Source: Octopus bimaculoides
Taxonomy: Eukaryota
Assembly (NCBI RefSeq): GCF_001194135.2
Contig: NC_069003.1
Span: 28,697,498-28,761,497 of the forward strand
Direction: 5' to 3'
Length of the DNA: 64,000 bases
Under the pieces are notes generated by a model, which was not told the DNA's origin, did not search any database, and worked only from the letters and a program-made list of their open reading frames with translations. The position numbers were made by a program, and so were the translations under genes. Shown here piece after piece: positions 25,430 through 39,085 of the stretch (position 1 is the first letter of the stretch; every line of letters starts with the position of its first letter).

Positions 25430-27139
25430 AGTAACACATACACACACATACTTGCTCATACACACACATAGATACACATACACACACATACGCTCATCCA
25501 CATACACAAGACAAAAACCATACACACAGGCTTGGTCATATGATTCCACTCTTGTTCACACATAAACATGGTCACACACATACTTACCACGTGGTCTCAG
25601 ACATACACGCACACATGATCTACGCGCACTTGTGATCGAACGTGCACCCATGATTACAAACTGAAATACATCCACACCTGTTAAAAAAAACACACGTTCG
25701 CAGTCACTCAAGATCCTACACACAAACGCACACATACACGTACCACACGATTTTAAACACTCAAACATACACACACGCTCACACACAGAGTTAAACGCAC
25801 CGCTTGATTTGAAGCACTCACACGCATAACACAAACGTGATCACATCATGACATACAGACACATGGCCGTATTTACACACACTTATATACATATACATAC
25901 ACATATACATACATCTACACATACACATTCTGATATTTAAAAAAAACGAGGTATCAAGAGGGTAGCTTAATTATTTTATTACGTTACCATATCAGCAATA
26001 TCGTAACAATCTCAGTAATATTTAGTTTGTGCACATTATGTACTGAATGTGCTTGTGTGTGTATATATGAGAAGTGTTTTTCCTTCTAAGTCAAATTTCT
26101 CGTGTATGGGAGAAGCTACAGACAACTACTAAAATGTTTACTACTCGAAATAAGCGAAACGGAGATTAAAAACCGAGGCACACATAGACAAGTCGCCTGG
26201 CGAGGCTCATCTGTCCAAACTGCGAGACAGCGTTGCACAATGGGTCGAAGCGATGGTAGCGATTAACAAAAACATCTTATGAATTCCATTTTCTTTCTCT
26301 TTCTCTCATATTTCATAGACTCAACGGACACCAAGTAATTCCTGAAGTAAATCTAGTGGCATTTATATCCAGGCTACTGATGACATAGACACACATACAT
26401 ACACACATACATACATACATGCATACATACATACTTACATATATATATATACATACATATACAGAACAGTGGGGCAGTCGAATAAATTTATTACTCTAAC
26501 TGACGAGCACTTTCTCTTATAAGAACGCATTTGTCGCAATGTTATTAGTTATTTACTTCTATTGATTTATATTTCACATTTTGGTGTCATTTTCAAATTT
26601 AATATTTTGAAATAATTATATTTGGAATTATTTATGCTGTCAGTGAATTGCCGTCGTATTTGAAATATATTTTATTAGAAACCTCAGAATATATAAGCAC
26701 ATCTCTGAGGATATTCTTCAAGTGCATATTATCTCCCAGTTATATACTATCTTATATACGCTTATTCGGTACTACTTCAAAAATATGCTGCGAACATTAC
26801 GAAGTGAAAATCGTACCAGTTTGCTTGTGATAGATATTCTCGTTAGTAAAATAGATTGAATTATTTACTATCGTAAATCAAAACGATATGAATCCGTCTA
26901 CAAAACCACAAATATTTTCATATTATTTCGAAAGCTGTATTATTCAAGAATGGTTTCTCTGGAATAGATAGCCCTTCCCACCAAACTACCTGCATATCCA
27001 CAAAAAAGTGAGAGGTAGTGATAATCGTTTTCGTGATCGAACCAAGAATGCTATGCTTCTGTTTTTTTTTTTGTTTATTTTTACGATTGCTGATAACTAC
27101 CTCAGAGAAGTGTCACTGTATTTTTTTTATATTTCGTTG

Positions 27140-27350
27140 TCAAGCAGCAGGATTTGAACTCAGAACGCCCAGATGCGGAACCGATACTGCAAGTGACCTC
27201 CTTCGATACTCTAACAATTCATCCAATCCATCACCATTGATAGATAATTTCTTTATCGATCCTCAAGCAATGACAAGTAAAGTTGACTTCATAATAATTG
27301 GAACACAGTGTGCCGAGAGTCAGACGAAATACCAGAAATAATTCTAACGA
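27140..27350 (-). mobile_element. SINE family A fragments (degraded)
   Basis: GGATTTGAACTCAGAACG and TTTATCGATCC..AAAGTTGACTTC..CAGACGAAATACC. Confidence 0.5.
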
Positions 27351-28302
27351 GACCCTACTGATTATGCCTGTTATCCGCCTACATACATACATACATACAT
27401 ACATGCATATGTACGCACGTATATAAATGTTTGCATACCGACATATATACATAAACAGAATTTGACGTCATGTATGAGAGCATATATATGAATATGTGTG
27501 TGTTTGTGTGTGTGCATGTATAAGAACATTTATCTATCTATCTATCTATTGATATAATTATATATATACACACACACACATATACATATATATATATATA
27601 TATATATATGCATATTTGCGTGCCTATATTGTGTGCATGCGGATACAGAATGTGGTATGTTTTAAATATTTTCATGCAGACATTCCTAGCTCGTAGTGTT
27701 AAATTGTTCATATCCCATGTCGTGTCCGCTTCAGGAAGCCCGAAACGCACAGCTAATGTGCTAATTAGAGCTAAAAAATCATTAGCTATGCACGAAAAAT
27801 GTAGGATTTAATTAGTCTATACCCACATAGGTGGTCATGCAAATGCTTGTAAGTGTACATTATTTTATATAGCCTGCTGATGTCATTTGATGCTGGGTTT
27901 GATGTCTTAAAACAGAATCTATATAGGAGAGGAATTACTTGGAGTAAAAAATCTCACCACGCCTAGTATAAAAGAATATATAACAATATGTGTACACAGT
28001 TTAAATGTACACGCTATTTTAAACCTTCCTACTTCACGTACTTATACTAAATAAAATAGATCTTAGCAGGCCTCAGCACACACGGCAAATGTTACCTGAA
28101 TGTAACAATAAAATTTGACCTTTTCTTTCTCTTCAGTTATGTTCTTCAAGAAAAACTATTTACAAGCAAATGCACACAATTACTGACACAAATATATACG
28201 CACAAATATATATGTATATATATATATGTATGTATGCGTTTATGTATTATGTATATGTATACATACACACACACGTAAATATTAATGCATACATATACAT
28301 AA

Positions 28303-28345
<43 letters not shown>

Positions 28346-28769
28346 TACCCACCCACGCATATATGAATACACGCACACACACACATATATATATGTATGT
28401 ATATATGTGATATATGACAAAAAGATATTAGAATTCACGAGCTTATTATTCACTACGATCGCTTCGACTCATCGTAACTTGTCAAACGGTACCTTGTTTG
28501 TTTGTGTTTTGTTTTTTTCGTTTCGCTTATTTCTAATAGAATACATTTTGGTAGCTGTAACTCGATTGCACGAAGAACTGGTTTATAGTATAGAACTCTT
28601 CTCATCTAAGCAATAAGTTGAATTAAAATGTACAATTTATAAAATAAGTAAATGAATCAAGCGATATATTATACAATGACAATAAGACGCCGTTACATAA
28701 AAGCCATTATATATACATTTGTATATATGTGTGTGTGTGTGTTTGTTTCCCAACCAGAAGATAAACTGT

Positions 28770-28930
28770 TTTACTTCAAATTTTTATTAATGTTTAATGA
28801 TATTTAATAAGATGAGATTCATCATCGAAACCGGTAAAATTCTATATTTTCTTTATATTATTTTAATATCATTTTATTAAATTGTTTTTAAATTGAAATG
28901 TCTTAGATTTACTTCTGCGCTATTTCCACC
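28770..28930 (+). repeat. AT-rich interspersed repeat with decayed HHR-like core, copy 1
   Basis: AAGATGA|GAT-tcatc-ATC|GAAA|CCGG|TA; aligns over about 150 bp with 33165-33325. Confidence 0.65.
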
Positions 28931-29083
28931 ACCATTTCGTCTTATATAAAAATTTGATTTGTATCTATCGCTCATGTTTTTTCCACCAAGCTCAAAGTAA
29001 ACTCATAAAAATGATTTAGTGGTAAGGGTATTCGGTTCACAATCTATTGGTCATGAGTTCAACGATTCTGCCAGCTCACCAAC

Positions 29084-29084
<1 letters not shown>

Positions 29085-29135
<51 letters not shown>

Positions 29136-29343
29136 TGATTATGATGATGATGATGATGGTGATGATAATGTTGATGGTGTTGATGATGACGATAATGACG
29201 ATGATGATGATGATTATGATGATGATGATGATGATGATTGATGATGACTGCTGATGATGATGATGACTGATGATGATTATGACAACGACGACGACATGTC
29301 GACAACGAAGATGAGAATGATGATGATGCTGATGAGGATGATG
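29085..29343. repeat. Compound trinucleotide microsatellite (AAT)n then degenerate (GAT/GAC)n
   Basis: Read directly; explains the poly-N/D, poly-H and poly-Y ORFs. Confidence 0.95.
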
Positions 29344-29661
29344 TAGACTTACAAGTTCACAGTGAAATGAGAATTTAAAGAATTGTTATAAACGTCACAA
29401 CCGAACGTTGTGAAATATCGAATGTTGTTAAAAATTATTTGATCTCGTAAAAATGTTTGATGTAATAAAAATGTTTGACATCATAAAATAGTAACTCAAA
29501 TTTGTCTTATCTTGAGGGAAAAGAATTGTTTAAAAAAATGTAAGATTTTAATCCCTATAAAAACTGTGTGCTTTAACATTTCGTTTCTTTTTTGTTATTT
29601 TATGGAATTCTTGATAAATATTACCAGGACCAGGAGGTTAATAATAATGATGATAACGATG

Positions 29662-29730
<69 letters not shown>

Positions 29731-29879
29731 ATCGAAATATCGGAATTTGCTACATATGGGAAGAGAAAAAAATGGAAATTGATTGCCCGTGTGAGATTAA
29801 TCTTAAAAAATAAGGAGGTTAGGACAATACGACAACAACAACATACACCACGAACAGCAACAGACCAGTACAACAAACA

Positions 29880-30665
29880 TTCTAAAAATCATAATGAGGG
29901 GTCGACCCACCAACTCAGTTCATCTGTTGCCAAAGGCCTACAAAAACTGAAACAGCGAATAAGGGACAGGGAATTAGTGTGCCTCCCTATGGACAAGTCT
30001 GGCAGACTGTCGACAAACCGCCCACAGAACTATGTCCAGACCATGCAAACACACAGTAGCATGAGAGAAGTTGCACCACAGGAACGTGAAAGAGTGGATG
30101 CACCTACGGGAATGTGCTGCAGCATACTCCAACCCAAGAAATGGACTGCACAAAACAGATTGCACAGAATTTGCAATCATTCATCGACAATGTTTCTACG
30201 CTATGCGGTTTACGTAAGGACCATAAACCCTACGTAAACCCGGTTATGGGTCCCCCAACCCGGCCAGTTTGCGGTGCGAATATCTCCAGCAATTACAGGC
30301 TATTACACTTCCTCTCACAAGTGTTGCGACCACTCATTGAAATGTCCTCTCATGTCTCTGTGAGCACACAGGATCTCCTCAGTAGAATCGGTTATTGCAA
30401 TCTCTCCGACTTCACCGGTTGTGTAGTGGGTAGCATGGATGTAATTTCACTCTACCCATCTATATACATTGATTTCGCTGTGAAAAAATGCATTCAGGTT
30501 ATCTGTGAGTGTGAAGTAGGATTCCGTGAAGCAACACGAGAAAATTGGCCCTCCTCCTTAAATACCACATGCATCAATGACAACTGCGCAGTATGTAAGA
30601 TTAAACTTGGCATTAACTGTAGAACGAGAAATGTAGTCTACAGTATAAGGTGCATGTATGCATTA
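29880..30665 (+). mobile_element. Penelope-like retroelement remnant (RT N-terminal half fused by deletion to the GIY-YIG endonuclease start)
   Basis: GLQKLKQRIRDRELVCLPMDKSG (DKSG at 29992-30003), then a frameshift, then RKDHKP..PTRPVCGANISSNYRLLHFLSQVLRPL and GSMDVISLYPSI (RT motif A, 30432-30464), then directly CAVCKIKLGINCRTRNVVYSIRC (30585-30653). These are PLE-type motifs; later RT motifs are missing. Confidence 0.85.
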
Positions 30666-30673
30666 CAGGGTTA

Positions 30674-30713
30674 AAGTTATACTTCAAGTTTCAGCTGCCG
30701 TCTCAGTTAACTC
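30674..30713 (-). ncRNA. Degenerate hammerhead motif antisense to and abutting the PLE remnant
   Basis: Minus strand GAGTTA | A-CTGAGA | CGGCAGCT | GAAA | CTTGAAG | TA | TAACTT: 6-bp helix I (one G-U), GUA triplet, CUGANGA box altered. Confidence 0.5.
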
Positions 30714-31648
30714 AAATCTTGCAGTGAATTTCACTCTCCCTATCAGTCAAAGTTCTGTGGTTATTCTTAAACTGGCCTCCATATAGCATATAACTCGCTT
30801 GTATATAACTGGCTTGTGTATAATATATCCTGCGTATAACATATATTCTCTTTATAATATTTTTTAAAAAATAGGAAAAAGCAGCTTCACAGAAACTTTA
30901 GTTATTAATAAACAAAATAACTAAAATATGAAATTGTAATCTACGTTTAAACGTTTTATTTTATTTCTTTTCTAATTAAATCACATGAATTCTTGAAAAT
31001 ATACAAGTTTTGTATGTTGTACGTAACCACTTAAATGTCACTCGTTATCAGCAGAGAGTATTTTTTCTCTATAAGTGTAATATTAATTCCATGTACTACA
31101 CACACTTGAAATATTATCACGACACAAACATCATCTTCCATCTGTCAATATATTAAATTATTCCTCTACATCGAATCGCCACCTCCTTATATATTTTAGT
31201 TATAAAAATTATGAATATTGTTTTGAAACTACAGCAGATATTAATCATGTTTAAAGTAGTTTCAGATCTGCAGGAGGTCGTGTTCCTGGTCTGCTTCAAT
31301 GCTTGATTGTGTTTGTTTCCCCTCAATCGTTGATTAAATTGCTGGACTATATCTCAGTGTAAATACAAGATTGAAGTAGAACGTCCGTTCAAACTGTGGA
31401 ACCATATAAAACAAATAAAGAAAATTTTAGTGGATCCTACGTAGACCACATGCTTAAGGGTCTCCAATGGTCCAATGGTCAACATCTGATCATATGGTGA
31501 CTCGAGTGGTAAATCTCTGTGATTTATTGACATGTTAAAAATAGCAACATTAGTAGTAGCATTGCTTATATGGGAAACTGAAACTGCTCAAAACTAGCAG
31601 CTAAATTAATTTTATATCCTAACTACCGTCTTTAAATCGGAATGACAC

Positions 31649-31745
31649 GTGGCCTAGTGATAGGTTACATCGTAGATTCGATTCTCAGAGCGGCCTGCGT
31701 GTTGTGTTCTTGAGCAAAACACTTCCTTTCCCGTTGTTCTAGTAC
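31649..31745 (+). mobile_element. tRNA-derived SINE head (family D-like)
   Basis: A-box TGGCCTAGTGA, B-box-like GATTCGATTCTC, then GTTGTGTTCTTGAGCAAAACACTT. Confidence 0.6.
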
Positions 31746-31997
31746 TGTGTAGGGACCAGCATGTGAAACAATAGACCTAAATTCTCCTCTGCATGTCGCA
31801 AAACGCGACTAAAATGGTGGAGGTAGGAGTTGCACTCCGATCTCGTAAGACCCTAACAGCCAACAACTCCCCAGTCAGACACATTGTTTGAAGGGATCTT
31901 GCTCAATCGTGCAGAGGCGTCATCCCCCACGTGCAGTAGGGAATCACCAACAAAATAGTGGAGACTGTGATGCGCTGCAGCAGCGCATGCCCTCAGT

Positions 31998-32040
<43 letters not shown>
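31998..32040. repeat. (CTA)n microsatellite
   Basis: Pure run. Confidence 0.97.
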
Positions 32041-32063
32041 ACACGAGAGAAACATTTCTACTA

Positions 32064-32266
32064 TTGGCACAAGGCCTGAAATTTTGGGGGAGGCGACAAC
32101 TTGATAACATCGACCCATGCGCTCAACTGGTACTTATATTACCTCCCCCGAAATGATGAAAGGCAAATTGGACCACAGTGGCATTTGAACTCCTAACCGT
32201 AAGATGGACGAAATAGTGCTAAGCATTTCCTCTGGCGTGCTTAAATATCCGTCCAGCTCACCGCCT
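32064..32266 (-). mobile_element. SINE family A, full length
   Basis: TTGGCACAAGGCCTGAAATTTTGGGG..AACTGGTACTTAT..GAAAGGCAAA..ATTTGAACTC..CTAAGCATTTC..CCAGCTCACCGCC. Confidence 0.85.
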
Positions 32267-33164
32267 GAATGTCATTTAAAATAATGCAGTGCAAGATATG
32301 CCTGAAAGAAAACAATAAACAAAAATAAGTTAATTTTGAAACTCATTTGATTATAGTTGTTCACGACGATAACTCACCTAGAGCTAAATAACAGCAATAA
32401 CTATATCAACAACAACAACATTGAGGAGACGTTAGATACACAGAATAATTCATTTAAAATCTTGACTTCTTTATTAAAGTAGCAGTTACAAAATATACAA
32501 AACGAAATTTTTGTTAAGCCGCAAAAATGCGCAAGTGACCCTTGCCAGGGAGTCTTTCCGCAGTCGATCACTCGGCTAGAAATACCAACTATATGTCTCT
32601 CAAGAATATGCTCTGTTATCGTAAGAGGAGGGCTTATTGCATGATATGAGCTTACATGCTCTATGTCCGAGGGAGGCAATATATAATGGTAGACTAAATT
32701 TGGTCATGCCTGCAAATAAAAAAGACAGGATGATCATGGCTAGAACACCTAAAGACTAACTTGAGGAGAATAATAACAGTATTGACGTCGACAATGGCGA
32801 CGACTACAACAATGACGACGACGACGATGATTATTATCACCATGACAACGACAAATTTTAGTATACTGGGAGTTTTAAGCAAAAACATTTTGCTCGTTAT
32901 CAACCATGCCACCTTCATTAATCATTTCATGAATGTTTCGAACAAACGGATCTACTTCTTATACAATAATGTCGTCTACTAGAATCATTTGCTAAATCTC
33001 ACTCTAAGACTTAAATTTGATGGATGCATATTAACGATTATTTGAGCATTCATTGATTTTATCGTTCGAAGATGGTAGAATGGTAGCATTCATCTCGACG
33101 AGGTATGAAGACTTCAACGAAAATTCTCCAGAGATGTTGTTGACACTCAGAAGGAGGCTAAGCT

Positions 33165-33325
33165 GCATTTACATAAAATTTTTATAAATATATATTGATA
33201 TTTGATAAGATTAGATTCATCATTGAAACCGGTAGCATTATATTTATATAATTTTTAAAATCATTTCGTTAAATTCCTTCTTAAATTCAAACGTCTTACA
33301 TTTACTTTTATGCTACTTCTACCTC
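33165..33325 (+). repeat. AT-rich interspersed repeat with decayed HHR-like core, copy 2
   Basis: AAGATTA|GAT-tcatc-ATT|GAAA|CCGG|TA; homologous to 28770-28930. Confidence 0.65.
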
Positions 33326-33600
33326 CATCTTATATGTATATGTATATATATATAGTGAGAATTTACAAAAAAGCGAAAGACGAAGACGAGTGTGTAAAAA
33401 AGAAACAAATGTATTAGTTTAACGCACGGGAAGTGTGAAGGTCTTTTACTTTTCGAGCCTACGCTCTTCGACAGAGAGGAACACAGAAATAAGCAGGAAG
33501 AGAAAATTAAAAAAAAAGGTTTAGTGTCTAGCGATCTATCATGGCGAATGCCGGACAGAGGGGTCACACAGAAGACCTAGAAAAAAGGGGAGGAATATAT

Positions 33601-33655
<55 letters not shown>

Positions 33656-33738
33656 NNNNNNNNNNNNNNNNNNNNNNNNNNNNNNNNNNNNNNNNNNNNN
33701 NNNNNNNNNNNNNNNNNNNNNNNNNNNNNNNNNNNNNN

Positions 33739-33773
<35 letters not shown>

Positions 33774-34421
33774 CAGAAAGGGGGAGGGCAGCGAGTAGAG
33801 GGAGAGGAAGAGCAATACATGTAGATAGACACACGCGCAAGTACAAACTTCCAACAGAAAAATAATCGTAAAACGAATTAGCGAAGGAGATATAAAGAGA
33901 AGGACATTGAGAGGAAGAAAAAAAAAATTGATAAATTGCAACATTCCTAAGACGACATGGAGACTTGCTGTTTGATAGAGAATAACAAGAGTAGAAGAGT
34001 TGTTTCAAAGTTAATGGAAGTAGTATCAACAGCATAGGTAAAGCTTATCTCACTGGTAATTGATTGTATGAAGGTTTGAGAATCTTGTAATTAAAGGAAA
34101 CAACAATCAGGAAAACCGAATAATGTAAACATTTCCCGATATAATAAATTGGTTCTACTCATGTCTGGCACAAATATTGCTTTCTTTTCTTTCTTCAAGA
34201 AACGATAAGAAACTGAAAAACGTGTGGCAGAAACTGAACAAAGAAAATTGGTACACATACATACGTACATACATAGATACATACATACATACATATATAC
34301 ATACATATAAATACATACATACATTCATTCATGCATACATACATATATACGTACGTACGTACATACGTACAAACACAAACACACGTGTACACGCACACAC
34401 ACACACATATAAACATATATC

Positions 34422-34466
<45 letters not shown>

Positions 34467-34697
34467 ATATATACATATATGCGTTTGTATATATTAGCAA
34501 TAAATATGAACAAACACAACTCACACTCACACACACACACACACACACACGCATACATATATATGCATATATGTAAATATATTTACGTACGTATCTCCAA
34601 ACGTATGCATGTCACTAGATATTACAGAAAATATGCAACATATAAAGAAGAAACGCGTACACAGAGTTACATACTTACAAAAACTTATATATGAAAT

Positions 34698-34738
<41 letters not shown>

Positions 34739-35318
34739 GTGTGTGTGTGTGTGTGTATAACATACATACGCATCATGCATGCGGTATATATATACATACA
34801 TGTATATCTATCTATTTCCTCTCTCCCTCTGTATACATATATATTCTNNNNNNNNNNNNNNNNNNNNNNNNNNNNNNNNNNNNNNNNNNNNNNNNNNNNN
34901 NNNNNNNNNNNNNNNNNNNNNNNNNNNNNNNNNNNNNNNNNNNNNNNNNNNNNNNNNNNNNNNNNNNNNNNNNNNNNNNNNNNNNNNNNNNNNNNNNNNN
35001 NNNNNNNNNNNNNNNNNNNNNNNNNNNNNNNNNNNNNNNNNNNNNNNNNNNNNNNNNNNNNNNNNNNNNNNNNNNNNNNNNNNNNNNNNNNNNNNNNNNN
35101 NNNNNNNNNNNNNNNNNNNNNNNNNNNNNNNNNNNNNNNNNNNNNNNNNNNNNNNNNNNNNNNNNNNNNNNNNNNNNNNNNNNNNNNNNNNNNNNNNNNN
35201 NNNNNNNNNNNNNNNNNNNNNNNNNNNNNNNNNNNNNNNNNNNNNNNNNNNNNNNNNNNNNNNNNNNNNNNNNNNNNNNNNNNNNNNNNNNNNNNNNNNN
35301 NNNNNNNNNNNNNNNNNN

Positions 35319-35390
<72 letters not shown>

Positions 35391-36936
35391 GTATGTATAT
35401 ATATATATATATATATATATACATACACATATATATATATATATATACATACATATATAGGTCAGTAAATACACATATGTATATATGCCTATATATATAC
35501 AGTTTATATATATATATACATATATAGACAGACACACACACACACATACGTACCCGACACATTTACAATGTAGATCAGTGTTTGTGTATCCTCCACATAT
35601 ATTTTCTTCTCTATATCAATAAAATATACTTGTATATGCATATGCTATGTTTCACTAGCGACTGGCACGATGGGTCTCATCAGAACAATGGTGCAAACGC
35701 AGCATGTTATAACCCCACGTTGAAGAACAATTTTAAAGCCTTATGCAAAACAATTTCGTCTGACTTAACACTAACCTTCTTCTGAATTGGTATATAGTTT
35801 ACTGACTATCAAATTCGAAAGTGATAATGAGATACAGCTATACAAGAAATAAGTCAATCATCATATCAAACCACATTGAAATACCACCCGACGACATAAA
35901 TTCGAGAAGAGTGAAGCATGCAAATAACACTACACAAAGGTCTCTCTTATAAATATCAAATTCCTCGTGAGAAGCTTTGTATTTATATCACGCGGATGTA
36001 TCATCTAATAACACCTAGATATGATTGAGAGAATATATACCGGAAAGGCAGCTATACCTACGCATAATCAAATATGGTAATATTTCTTTTAACCCATTTC
36101 CATGCAAACACACCTTCTCAAGATCAAGTGTCCTCAACGACGTGAGCAGTTACACCTCTGGTTTGCTTGTTGAGAAATATCAACAACAATATAACGAATT
36201 AAAAGGCGCCTAGATTTTCTAAATGCCCAGCGACCCAACAAATACAACCGCATATAATTAACTTCATGTCATATACATACAATGCGAACATGCATACACA
36301 CATATGCATATATAACATATATAAGTGCATGTGTGTATCTATACATATGTGTGTGTGTGTTCAAATAACATAAAACATTTTGCCAATACCTTTTATTTCT
36401 GCGTACAATTTTAAATTTGAAAGACATAAGTTCATGTATTATTCTTCAACCCAAAGTGATACACGAACCACAAACATTCATACATATGTATACATACTCA
36501 TGTATACATATACATATACTCAGGTATATACACACGTGTGTGTGTGTGAGGGGTGCTATGAATTTATATATCAACTACCTATCAATATATATGCATATAC
36601 ATATATACAAACACACATTAATATTATCTATTTATATATACAGAATATATGAGAATATATGTTTATGTGCATATGTATGTACACACTCTCACATACATAT
36701 AGTTGCATATATAAATGTATATACATTTTTATATATCGTTTCGTATATTATATAAGTGTTAATAACTGCATATATATATGTATTTATACAGATACCATCA
36801 CACACACCTCACACACATATGTACATATACATATTATTACCTTTATATAATTATATATTCAAGTCTGCAAGTATACACTCGCTCATGTATATACGTATTC
36901 ATGTACATATACATATGCACATCATATCATATGATA

Positions 36937-36995
<59 letters not shown>

Positions 36996-37834
36996 TGGGT
37001 AGGTGCATATGCATGTACATATATGAATACATATATACATGAAAATAAACAAAGAGTTTACATATATATATATATATGTGTATGTATGTCTGTATGTGTG
37101 TCTATGTGTGTGTGTGTGTATGAAGAGCAGGTGATTTGATGACGGAATGAATAAGAGCCTAAGGGCTATACAAATAAAAAGAAAGCGATGGAGAAGAGGA
37201 AGCACTAATCCCCTTCAGCGAAAGATAAAGAGTAAAATCACAACACTCAGGAAAACGATGGCCTGCTATTGATAGACAGGTTTCCCATTGTAGGCATGCA
37301 TATGCGGATGCCTTCTTAACTGATACTACTCTACGTTACAATGTTACAATATATGATAGTGTGGGAAATGGCTTATAATTATTAACAGCGTAATTTGTTT
37401 GAGATAAGTGGATGTTAGAAACAGGAAAATGTCCACGAGCGTTCCGAACACGAACTAGTGCACTGAGTGTTTATATATATATATATATATNNNNNNNNNN
37501 NNNNNNNNNNNNNNNNNNNNNNNNNNNNNNNNNNNNNNNNNNNNNNNNNNNNNNNNNNNNNNNNNNNNNNNNNNNNNNNNNNNNNNNNNNNNNNNNNNNN
37601 NNNNNNNNNNNNNNNNNNNNNNNNNNNNNNNNNNNNNNNNNNNNNNNNNNNNNNNNNNNNNNNNNNNNNNNNNNNNNNNNNNNNNNNNNNNNNNNNNNNN
37701 NNNNNNNNNNNNNNNNNNNNNNNNNNNNNNNNNNNNNNNNNNNNNNNNNNNNNNNNNNNNNNNNNNNNNNNNNNNNNNNNNNNNNNNNNNNNNNNNNNNN
37801 NNNNNNNNNNNNNNNNNNNNNNNNNNNNNNNNNN

Positions 37835-37884
<50 letters not shown>

Positions 37885-37889
37885 TATAT

Positions 37890-38220
37890 AACTGGCACAC
37901 CGTCGGTTACGAAGACAAGGGTCCCAGTTGATCCGGTCAACGGAACCGCCTTCTCGTGAAATTAACGTACAATAGGGTGAGAAGGCCACAGACACGTGTT
38001 CTTCTAACGTAGGTTTCGGGGACATTCAATATGACACAAGATGTCATCTGAAATGCAGGTACTTCTCATTTTCCCTGGCTGAGTGAACTGCAGCGACCTG
38101 AAATATAGTATCTTGCCTAAGTATCAAGCTCAAGGAATGAAGTATCTTTATCGTCACTAGGAATCCAACTCACGACCTTATGATCGTGAGCCGCTATCCT
38201 AACCACTAAGCCACGCGCTT
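37890..38220 (-). mobile_element. tRNA-derived SINE, family D, near full length
   Basis: Minus-strand head GCGCGTGGCTTAGTGGTTAGG (A-box) ..GAGTTGGATTCC (B-box-like), followed by a GC-rich body. Confidence 0.75.
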
Positions 38221-38914
38221 TCATATTTTAAGTAATGCGTATTAAATTAGAACCCCGACCTGGTCCATATACCCCCTCCCCACACACACGCATATCGAAT
38301 TTCTTAACATCATGAATGTGAATGTCTCCCTAAATTGTACATTGATGGATAGTGTTGTTTCTTATCACAAACATAATACCAATGCTGAATACCTCGCTTT
38401 GTTGGGCGTTAATAGTACAGTCATCTCTCTCTCCCTCTCTCTCCCTCTCTAATTGACTGGACAGCAATATACGAGAAACGATTCATCGCACCTAATTTCA
38501 ATGACACGCGTACTGTGCTGTAGTTGCCAATGATGTTATTACCAGGATGTAGACAGGCACATGTTTCATGTCTATCTGTTGGACAAGCGATAATTTTTCG
38601 TGTGAGATAAAGCATTTAAATAAAGTACACGAAGATGTATCGATTGACATACAGAAAATAAAGATTAAATTAAACGTAAGACTTGCCGTTTTAGACGAGT
38701 CATATAAATACAGAAGTATAAAAGATGTTAGAATTATTTTTGATCAATGTATTATAGAAAATTACCAGACGTAACATGAGGGAAAATAACTCAAGTGGGT
38801 GAATGATAAATAAAACAGACACTAAATGAGAGACAGAAGAAGTGTAAAGGAATATTTACGTTTTACTTCAAATCTCGAAAAAACCCAAAGGCGATTATTT
38901 ACACATTGTATTTG

Positions 38915-39085
38915 TTTTCGTCATTGAACTGCGGCCATGCTGGAGTAAAGCTTTGAAGGGTTTAGTGAAACAAATCTCCATCTCACTTCTGAACTTATTT
39001 TTTAAGTCTGGTATTTATTCCATCGGTATCTTTTGCCGAATCGCTAAGTTATGAGGGTGTAAACAAATCAACATTGACTGTGGTA
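38915..39085 (-). mobile_element. SINE family B, 3' half
   Basis: CTGCGGCCATGCTGGAG..TTTTGCCGAATCGCTAAGTTATGAGGGTGTAAACAAATCAAC, homologous to 56750-56940. Confidence 0.75.

Noticed and set aside
25550-25870. CA-rich degenerate stretch with weak internal periodicity
   Set aside because: No definable repeat unit; consistent with decayed (CA)n.
35640-35683. Minus-strand CTGATGA..GAAA-CATA-gca-TATG look-alike
   Set aside because: U16.1 is C, helix II is out of register, and there is no adjacent helix I.
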